Origin: Octopus bimaculoides
Lineage: Eukaryota
Assembly: GCF_001194135.2 (NCBI RefSeq)
Contig: NC_068985.1
Location: 80,850,778 to 80,914,777, forward strand
Reading direction: 5' to 3'
Length of the DNA stretch: 64,000 nucleotides
In this document: one piece after another, positions 54,110 to 64,000 of the stretch
How the letters are laid out: each line of letters opens with the position of its first letter
Position numbering within the stretch: position 1 is the first letter of the stretch
Notes under the pieces: model-generated
Seen by the model: the letters and a program-made list of their open reading frames with translations, nothing else
Told to the model about the DNA's origin: nothing
The model's database searches: none
Position numbers and translations under genes: made by a program

Positions 54110-54460
54110 ATATAAAGTGAGCTCACAGCTGTAATCTACACCAGCATCGCATAACCAGCCCACTCAAAAGTACCTTGGTTTGTAGGGTGACATGCCATGC
54201 TTGAGGAGACCTATTGAGTCAAGTAGATCAACATCAATATCAAAATCAAATCAAATCAAATTTCAATCAAATGGAAATTGTAGTTGTGACCCTAGTGCCG
54301 GTGGCAGGAAGAAAAGAACCATCCAAATGTGGCCTATACCAGTGCTGCCTTGACTGACTTCCGTGCTGGTGGCACATAAAAAAGCACCATCTGATCATGG
54401 TCGATGCCAGCTCCTCTGGTCCCTGTGCCAGAGGCACATAAAAAGTACCCACTACACTCA
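54110..54460 (+). mobile_element. RTE-associated 3' UTR / SINE-tail family with (ATCAA)n and gtgc(c/t)ggtggcac repeats
   Basis: Shares the repeated unit gtgctggtggcacataaaa..cacc with 44695-44880 and ends abruptly at cactacactca. Confidence 0.55.
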
Positions 54461-55410
54461 CATAAACCATATAGAAATAACCCCAATAAAACTGGCATGA
54501 ACAACAATAATGATAAACACAACTATAAAAAGAAATACAATAAGCATAACTATAACTTCATGCACGATACGAACCCTGAGGGCAGCTTCTATACCAAAAA
54601 TAATAATAGTAATAATAAACGAGAGGGAGACAAGATCTGGCTTATAATCTTCTTTGCCATGCAACTCAAATTGAACATAGTTCGCTCCATAATGAGACAC
54701 ATAGATAAACATTTGAACGTAAATAATAAATATGAAGCAATATTTAGGAATAAAATCAGAGTAGGCCATAGCCTGACTAATAACTTAGCTACTATCATAG
54801 CCTCGATAAATAATAATAAACTGGACACCCTCTATGAAACCAGGAAAATAAGCAACATAAAATAGAACAGCCAACGAGCAAAGAGAAGAAATCCCACCCC
54901 TAAAGATGTGCCTTCAAGCAACACGGACAACGACCCGACTAAAAATAACCCCCCTCAACACAACACCAGCATAGATAGACAGAATACTTTATGTGGCTGC
55001 AGAGACAGAAATAAGTGCCAATTCTATAATAGGTATAAAACAGAAAATATAGTATACCAATGCGACGCACTCACAAATAACCATACAAAATCATATATAG
55101 GTGCCACAAAAAACCAAATGATAGTGAGATACAACTCATACCAATCTAGTTTTAGAAATAGAAGTAAAGCAAACTCTACAGCGCATACTGGCTATATCTG
55201 AAAATTAAAGGATAGAAAAAATAATTATAGTTTCAAATGGCACATCCTAGCAATCACCTCGTCTTATAACACTACTAATAGTGGTGTGATCTCTATTTAA
55301 CAGAGTGCCTGAATATATTAATGGCTAAACCGCCTCTACTGAATAAAAAAACATGAAGATAACTTTTGTCTGCATATAGGCCAATTTGTCTTTTCTAAGT
55401 TTCATTAAAC
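54460..55410 (+). mobile_element. Penelope-like element, RT thumb and GIY-YIG endonuclease remnant
   Basis: KIWLIIFF...IDKHLNVNNKYEAIFRNKIRVGHS then CGCRDRNKC...NIVYQC...SYIGATKN...RYNSYQSSFR...YIWKLKD...KWHIL matches the PLE linker/GIY-YIG pattern. Multiple stops. Confidence 0.8.
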
Positions 55411-56615
55411 CCGCTCTGTCCTGTACATATCACTATCCTAGCCTCTCCCTACTAGTAAACTTACTCACTAGCGCAGTACCTCCCCTTAACCACTTACACC
55501 AACCCAAACTTACATTATAGATACATACACAAAATACCTAACACATATTTTACGTTACCTTACTCCAAATCCGTATCATAAACCAATAATTACATAGCTA
55601 CTCTACATCCTACGCTAGCCTATGTATGCAAAGAATTCTTTTTAACCAAGAACCACCTAAGATACTTACACGCAAACTTTCCCTTCCCCCCCCCCCTTTT
55701 CTCTCCGCATTCTTCATAACAAAATAGTATTACGGCAATGAGTCTCTCTACACGCTAGATCAGACTGACGCTCGTTCCATATTTTACACCAATATATGGC
55801 TTCCTGTAATAATACAACCTATATTTCAATGACACGTGGGTCATTATAATAGCACCGGTTTCCCTAATTAGAGTTAGCTCCCTTACATCGCACCGCCGGT
55901 GAACCCCCAGAAGTCACAGACACGTGCAGGACATGTCACTGTATAACCATGAGACCACAGGTCCAACTAACTTATATTCTTCATCCACTTCACAACGGAT
56001 TTAACAAACTGTGAACCCAACTATAATGCAAGACACTCGAATCTTTTCTCTTCTCTCTACCCCTGACTTCTTCATTCTGACGTTGCCTACCACCGGCAAC
56101 GAGGCAAAAATATAATAAATATTTTCCTCACCATGGTAAACAGAAACGATCGTAAACAACTTCACTCTCACTCTCACCTTTATTTACTAATTAAATAATG
56201 CCTTACTAGTGCAAAAGACAGACTTCTGTTTGTTATTTTCCTCCATTTTCTTCTCATCTCTCTCTCTCTCTCTCTCTCCATATATATGTATATATANNNN
56301 NNNNNNNNNNNNNNNNNNNNNNNNNNNNNNNNNNNNNNNNNNNNNNNNNNNNNNNNNNNNNNNNNNNNNNNNNNNNNNNNNNNNNNNNNNNNNNNNNNNN
56401 NNNNNNNNNNNNNNNNNNNNNNNNNNNNNNNNNNNNNNNNNNNNNNNNNNNNNNNNNNNNNNNNNNNNNNNNNNNNNNNNNNNNNNNNNNNNNNNNNNNN
56501 NNNNNNNNNNNNNNNNNNNNNNNNNNNNNNNNNNNNNNNNNNNNNNNNNNNNNNNNNNNNNNNNNNNNNNNNNNNNNNNNNTATACATATATATGTATAT
56601 ATATATATATACATA

Positions 56616-56670
<55 letters not shown>

Positions 56671-56671
<1 letters not shown>

Positions 56672-57400
56672 ATGGTTAGACAAAATAATGGAAGCACCTT
56701 AAAATTTCAAGCAACTCTTGTTTAATATATGGCAGGACTGCCTATCGCAGAAATTACAGCTTGAATTTCTTCAAGGTATGGACTTGTACAAAGTTTGAAT
56801 TGTTTTGGAAGAAACTTTTGCCCAGTCTGCAGCTAAAACAGTCTTCAGTTCTCGTAGTCATGGTGTTGGAGGTTATCGACACCTTACTTGTTTTTCTAAA
56901 ATTGGGCCAAGATATAGCCCTGCAGATCATCACAGATCCTCCTCCATGTTTAACAGTTGGAAGAAAGCAGTCTGGGTCAAATGCGTCTTTTGGCTGTCTC
57001 CACACGTATACTCAGCCGCTAGTCAAAAATAAGGTAAAAGATGACTCATTCGAGAAAACAATGTTCTTGCACTGCTTTAGGGGCCAATTCTGTAGGTTTC
57101 TATTCCACTCTAAACACTGCGCAACGTTTGTTTTTGAAAGTAGTGGTTTTCTGATTGCAGCCCTCCCATGAAATCTAGATTTGTGCAGCTATGTGAAAGT
57201 TTTGGTTTTCTTCTGGAGTTTTGTTTTGACGAAGAGGTTTTTTCCCTCTTTCTCAAAGGCTGTCATTACTTTCGCGACACTACTTCTTGATACACAAAAC
57301 ATTTTGGCTGTTTTCATTATGTTAGTGCCTCCCATATGAACACCAATAATTTGATCTCTTTGATAGTCCAATAAATCTATCATTTTAATGAATTTTAATT
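56671..57400 (-). mobile_element. Tc1-like element copy 2 (N-terminal HTH and first D region, catalytic middle deleted)
   Basis: Same terminal sequence as copy 1 (gacaaaataatggaagcaccttaaaatttcaa). Frames give MIDLLDYQRDQIIGVHMGG...VSRSSVAKVMTAF and VWRQPKDAFDPDCFLPTVKHGGGSVM. Confidence 0.85.
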
Positions 57401-57465
57401 ACCTTTTGCTAATGATATCTGAAAAGAAACAGCAATTGTAGCAAAACATATTAAGCAACACTAAT

Positions 57466-57467
<2 letters not shown>

Positions 57468-57556
<89 letters not shown>

Positions 57557-57697
57557 TTATGCATACATACATATATATACACATATATATACATATATAT
57601 GTATATATGTATATATATATATATATATAAGTATATATACATATATATACACACATATATATATATACACATATATATGTATGTATAAGTGTATATA

Positions 57698-57729
<32 letters not shown>

Positions 57730-57761
57730 AGTATATATACATATATATACACATATATATG

Positions 57762-57797
<36 letters not shown>

Positions 57798-57900
57798 TAT
57801 GTATATATATATATGTATATATACACATATATGTATATATATATATACATATATATATGTGTGTGTGTGTATATATGTATGTATCTATGCATGCATTTAT
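57468..57900. repeat. Long compound (TA)/(TG)/(CA) microsatellite
   Basis: Direct reading. Many other SSRs are present, e.g. 545-915, 2995-3300 (TATG/TATC/TCTG), 8420-8850, 18624-18707 (TAA), 31272-31320 (TAC), 35816-35868 (CAT), 36686-36752 (TCC/TCA) and 60170-60560. Confidence 0.95.
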
Positions 57901-60173
57901 GTACATGAATATATTTCAATTTGATACTACAAGCAATAGACCTGTGTATGTTTGTTTTCAAACTCAGAAATAAAATTTGGAAAAGTGATTTAAAAGAAGA
58001 ATGTGAACCTCCAATCACACTCACACATGCTTGTTATTGTGATGTCTTCTCTTTATGGAAAATAACATTTGTATATTCTGTCTGATACACATATACAGAG
58101 ACATATAAAAACATATGCACTTGTACACACTTGCGCATATACACACTGGAAAATACATGCACACACACTCTCTCACAGACACACACATATGTGCACATAC
58201 ACATATGTGAGCACACTCTATGTTTGTTTCCTGTGAAATATTTTATTATTTCACTATTTATTATAATCATTTTATTTTCTGCTCAATATTACTGCAAATA
58301 ATAAAAGAAAATATTAACTATTCTCTGAATGCAACCAACTACAGTTACTCAGACGACTCCCAACTTTGAGAACTGAGAGAGCAGACTTTGCGGTATGTGT
58401 TTATTAGTTAATTTAACTGACTGCTGTGTGATGGCAACTAACTGCTACATCAAATTCTCTTCATCCTCCATCACCATCACTGCTTCAAGTTTGTCACTCA
58501 CTCTGTAGAGAGCTGCTGTTTTTGTTGCTGGTTGTCATTTAGCGCTAGGTCAAACCTGATCCACTAGACCTTATTATCAAAAGCATTCCAACCATATCTA
58601 GGGCTCCAGTATGTCCTTTGATTTTCTTTTTAAGATAGCAGACAATGATTTCAGGGTGAGTTGGCTGTTATTTCTTGCAGTTAAAACCCCTGCTCAAAGT
58701 CTGATGCCCCCTCATTGATTGCAGAGTTATTCACAGTCTGGATTTTTGCAGGAAAAAAAAAAATAATAAAAGAGGAAATGGAAAAAGGGGAAAAAAAGGA
58801 CATTTCACGTTATTGTTAGCCTCCAGAGTAACAAATCATTTATATTATCTTCGCTGAAACAAAACAATGTTTCCAAAGTTTGTTAATTAATCTATGAATA
58901 TATGGAAGTAAGAAAGGGAGCTGATAATTAAAGGGTTTTAAGAGTATTGATCCCTACTTTGAACTTGTCGCAAAAAAAAACCAAAAAACAAAAAACGAAA
59001 ACAAACAAGGTTTGTTAAAAACATGTTAATTTACTATTCTATTAGAAATATTTCCATTCCACTTTATTTAATTATTATTTATTATATTTTTTCTTACTCA
59101 TTCTAGCCAGTTGGCTATATTTTGGGGAAATTGTTTTATAAAGTATAAAAATTTGTATTCTTTTATTCCTTGTTGTTGGGTGATTTTTGTTTGGCATTAT
59201 ATTTGATAGAATTGCATCATTGCAAATATTCTTATTAACTGAGACAGTGGTTGCAGCTTTGTAGGACTTTGTTGTGTGTATATTTATATTTAGTTGGAGG
59301 AAGTGTAGCAGCACACACCTTTGCATGCCATCTCATACCAGGGAACCTGTGGGATAAAATATCAACAGTGAGGAAATCTCAGAGCATAGAGTTCTGGAAA
59401 GAAAAGGCTGAGAAAAATATAAAGCAGGGTTTTTGGTGTGAGATGCAGTAGTTATGTTGTAGATATGTGTGCAGTGCACAAAAAGTCTTTCCAATTAAGT
59501 TTTGTGGTGTTTAGATAAGAAAACCTCTCATCCTGATCACTTCCAAACTATTTTGTTGTTCTGAAGAGGAAGTGTGTCTTTTGGAAATCCACATGCTAAA
59601 ATATGGATAGATACATACTTGAATGCAAATTCATTTAGATACAGTCACACACATTTTTTTTTCTTCTCTGACAAAGAAAGCTATCCATAAACATTAGTTT
59701 TCATTTCCTCTCACAACATGCTAACATATATCTCTCCTTTTTTATTTCCAGTCTTTCACTACCCCTGCCAACTCTTATGACTATTCTTATTGACTCATGG
59801 CTAAATATGTATAGGGACCATTGTTATATTTTAGTTATCATTGTGCATTTTGCAGTCTTGTTCAGAGTTTGATGTAACTTTAATTGAATTATTAGATACT
59901 GAATTTGAGGCTGTCTGCTTTTAAGGAGACTGCTATTTTCTTTATATTTCATAATGGTTAAGCATTATAAGACTGTAAACCAAAAATAATACATTTTTTA
60001 ATAAAGGTTTTTGTGTACAACTAATGGGAAGAGTAATGAAATTTTAAGATAATGAAGTAGATTTGGTTAAGAGATTAAAATATATACTGTACTGAGCAAA
60101 TTTATGTGCAGTTGGGAGAAAGAGAAAATGAAAAAGTTATGGAGTGACCTAATGTATGTATATATCTATATAT

Positions 60174-60209
<36 letters not shown>

Positions 60210-60257
60210 ATGTAAGTATGTGAACATATAAATTATATGTTTATATATGTTTATATA

Positions 60258-60310
<53 letters not shown>

Positions 60311-60458
60311 GCATGTGTGTATGTATGTATGTATGTATGGGAATGAGCCACNNNNNNNNNNTATATATATATATATATATATATGAATGTATACATGTAT
60401 ATGCTTATATATGTATATATGTGTGTATGTATATGTATATATATATGTATGTATTTGC

Positions 60459-60528
<70 letters not shown>

Positions 60529-61738
60529 GCATGTGTGTATGTATGTATGTATGTATGGGAATGAGCCACTACGTCTAAGTTATCAGCAAAAATAATTTTG
60601 CCAATACACCTATTGATACACTTTGTTATGCCTCTTAGTTTACATATGTTCAACACCTCTCCATCCACTCATGGACAAATATTTACACATCATGTAATAA
60701 GTACACTTGAAGATATCCAGAAAATTGTACACCTTTTTCAGTGTGTGGCATGAGTTTTTAGCTTACCAAGAAATTAAAAAATACTGAAGTCTTGTACCAA
60801 CCTTAATCTAGAGTGCTGGAGCACAAACATCCAATCATCATGTTTGCAAATTAGCCCCTTTGTGTGGTGAAAATGTTCATATTTTTATACAGTATTATTT
60901 GTGAGAACGGTCTGGACAGAGAAATGGATTGCAATGCACAATCAACTACAGTCACCCTTGAGAAGTTCAGTGATTGATTATAGAAAAACATGGCATTATA
61001 CTGTCCGCAAAATGCACAGTTTAACTAGAAGTCATACTATCCTCCTTCTCTCTTATATCAGTTATATTCTACTGAGTCCTATACTCTTTATTGTCAGCTT
61101 ATAAAAAAATTTGCTGACGTGTCAATTGCATCAGTTCTCTGCCATTGCAGACAATGGTAGAGGGCTATAAAGAATGGTGTAAATGTTGCCAAGTCAAATT
61201 GGATGAAAGAACTGGAAGACAAGAGACTAGAACAAGATCCCCTATACCAGGACTAATTGATAGTATCCTATGATACTTGTAACCAGGTTGTGCCAGTATC
61301 TTTGGTTTGTAATGCCAGAAAAGAGTTAAACATTGTTTATGAAGTTATACAACACACACACGCATATACATGTACACACACATACACACACACTCTCTCT
61401 CTCTCTCTCTGTATATGTGTGTGTGTGTGTGTGTGCATGTGTATGCATGTGTGTGTGTGTGTGTGTGTTTTTGTGTAGTCAAACATCATAGCTAAACAAA
61501 ATCTCCCTGCCTACCACATCATTATAAGTGACACTCAAGAAGTGTATCATTGGTGATTTTCTTTCTCCGTCTTCCCTTCTTTGGACATTTTCTATATTTC
61601 TGATGAAGAGCTCCGCTTGAAACGTGAAATTCTCTTTTTTTTTCTTACCTTTCCTAAGCGTCCAGTAACACTGTACTTATTCCACGTCCTCACGTTGTTG
61701 TTTTTTCATGTTTTTTCTTGCTTGTTCATGTTTGGATT

Positions 61739-61777
<39 letters not shown>

Positions 61778-62170
61778 AGTGTGTGTGTGTGTGTGTGTAT
61801 GCATGTACTAAAAAGTTGCTCTCTCAAAATGTAATTGTGTAACAGCAGAACAGTTAGCCTTTGGCTGGAACTCCAAGTAAATCCATGTACATCCTACTTT
61901 CAGTCAGGTTTTAGCATAGATTATTCTCCAATTTTCATTTGATATTATGTACAGTTGAATTGATGACAGAGTGTATGTCCAAGATCTGAATAAAACTGGG
62001 GATCTGGTTACAAAACATTTGTGATGTCATAATAAATTTTTGTAGCTGAATCACCAGTTTTATTCTGAGGTTTTGTGTGTGTGTGTGTATACACAAACAT
62101 ACATACACATGTCTCTCTGTCCGTCTGTGTGTGTGTGTATATATATATGGCAAATGAAAGACAGAAGATG

Positions 62171-62198
<28 letters not shown>

Positions 62199-62210
<12 letters not shown>

Positions 62211-63554
62211 ATTCTGTTTTGGAATTGGATCTTGATCTACATATAAAGCCATAGATGTAAATATTGGCCTGAAAACCCTTTTTGGGTCCCCTCTAACAGC
62301 CTTCAGCTTGCTCCATCCAAAAGGGTTTCGCATCCCAATAATTACATGCTTTCATTTATAGCTTTATATGTACTTCAAGATCGAATTCCAAAAAGACAAA
62401 TTATTTTATGTTCTCTTGAAAAGTTCATACATTCTTCTGATAAATTAGATATATTCAGTGTTTTCGTAGCAAGTGCAAAAATGATCACGATGAAATGGTG
62501 CAGTGCTGGACAGCCAGCTGAATGCTTTATTTGTTAAAATTACATTGTTAACATTGAACTCTGTTCACAGTCAATATATTATAAACCAAATAAGGAAGCA
62601 TCTATGCTTGACTTGCCTGAAGCAGTAATTACATTGTACTCTGCTTTTATGGTTTCTGATGTGTTACAAGATGCTGATGTATTACAAGATGTAGGTAGGA
62701 ATATGTGGAAAATAATATACTTTATTTTTAAGAAATATGTATAATATAAACAAAAATTTTGAATATAAAGTTTTAATAACACTGTAACAAAATTATAATT
62801 TTCTTTTTTTCTTTTGTCTTTGGTCAGAAAACGTTATTTCCTATTTGTTTCTATCTAGAAATCAAAGGAAATGACTACTATTCTTTTCAAACTTTGCTTT
62901 TCTGACCTGGACACCAATGTTTCGAAATTGACCTATTTTCCATTAAATTTCAGACAGATTATATTATTATAGCAAATATTCTGCTCAATACCACAGATTA
63001 GCTTGTCAATCGCTTGACCTCAACCAGTGACCCAAATATGTGCCATGAGTAAAAAATGGTTGTGAACCACTGTATTGAGTAGTATAGTCCCTGATATACA
63101 AATTGAAAGGATGGTCATGGCTGGAGTGCAATTACTCTTGGTCCATTTTGGTCAGAATCAGCCTAGAGTTAAACATTAACACCAAATATAATTAACTCTC
63201 AATAACTCAGTTTTCTTAATTTTAAGTTTGATCAAGGTGATACAGTTCCTTTCTCTCAAGCAATCACAACACTAAAATTAATTCCCATTTTGTAACCTTG
63301 CATTTTGTGTTCAGCTTCTGCTAGTGTCATACAAAAAATTCTGTTGTGTCTTACTAGCTTTGTCTATATGTTTGAGTGAACTCTAGCAATCACCATTAAC
63401 TTTGATTCTCAATTATGAGGGATGAAAGAAGCGTTTTAGGAGCAAGATGAAGGCTGTTAGAGGGGACCCAAAAAGGGTTTTCAGGCCAATATTTACATCT
63501 ATGGCTTTATATGTAGATCAAGATCCAATTCCAAAACAGAATTATTTCATATAT
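62199..63554. repeat. Inverted repeat pair: 116-bp arms (62199-62314, 63439-63554), one mismatch, 1124-bp spacer
   Basis: Direct reading of both arms. The only difference is cagc vs catc near the inner end. Confidence 0.92.
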
Positions 63555-64000
63555 GTTTTGATGGCAAGCTGGCAGGATTATTAGCATGTCAGGAAAAGTG
63601 CTGAGTGGTATTTCGTCCATCTTTACATTCTGATTCAAATTCTGCCAAGGTTGACTTTGTAATTGGCTTGTCCCTTCCCCTGAAATTGCTGGCCTTGTCC
63701 CAAAATTTGAAATCAATATACTTACTGTTTTCCTTGACTCTTAACTACTAGACCCTCTAATAGTTCCACCAATCTCCCACTCTAGATTGATATTCTTTTA
63801 TTGATTCTGAAAGAATGAAAGGTAAAGTTGACCCCCAGCAGTATTTGAAATCAGAGTGCAGAAGGTCAGAATAAATACCACCTGGCACTTTATCCAATAC
63901 TTTAATAACCTCTGCCAATTCACCACCTCAACTAACCAGTACTTTATGCTTTACCCATGCTGGTATTTTGATTCTAATCTACTGAAAACTTTTCTATAAC

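Noticed and set aside
56077-56104. Possible hammerhead ribozyme near the Penelope element (CTGAC + GTTGCC/GGCAAC stem)
   Set aside because: The core lacks the required CTGANGA and GAAA (reads CTGAC-stem-GAGG), and no stems I/III were found.
58320-58398. Possible non-coding exon ending at GCG|GTATGT
   Set aside because: A good donor motif alone is insufficient; no acceptor, promoter or ORF support.
60240-60570. Direct duplication ending gtatgggaatgagccac on both sides of a 10-N gap
   Set aside because: Typical unmerged contig overlap at a microsatellite, most likely an assembly artefact.
62918-63074. hAT-like end ggttgtgaaccactg
   Set aside because: No matching left TIR or TSD; the upstream part belongs to the 17270 repeat family.

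Overview
AT-rich, microsatellite-dense eukaryotic genomic DNA with 7 assembly gaps. The SINE families and repeat style point to an octopus (coleoid cephalopod), which is an inference. The only host gene I can support is a kinesin-2 (KIF17/OSM-3-like) on the + strand, seen as two internal motor-domain exons (16660-16893 and 27946-28311) joined by an 11,052-bp GC-AG intron. Its other exons were not found. Nearly everything else recognisable is transposon-derived: a 3.5-kb Tx1/L1-type LINE sitting in a (GATA)n tract, R4/Dong-like RLE LINE 3' ends nested in (TAA)n tracts, RTE and Penelope-like fragments, mariner (DD34D), maT (DD37D) and Tc1 (DD36E spacing) remnants, piggyBac-, hAT- and pogo-type MITEs, and several tRNA-derived SINE families. 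There is also a decayed 28S rRNA fragment and a near-perfect 116-bp inverted repeat pair near the window end. I found no clearly new biological system. The best leads are (i) microsatellites acting as landing pads for sequence-specific retroelements, (ii) a genomically encoded K-to-R change in the kinesin YRDSK motif, (iii) the GC-AG intron and (iv) the young inverted repeat. Repeat boundaries were read by eye and are approximate unless TSD/TIR positions are given.
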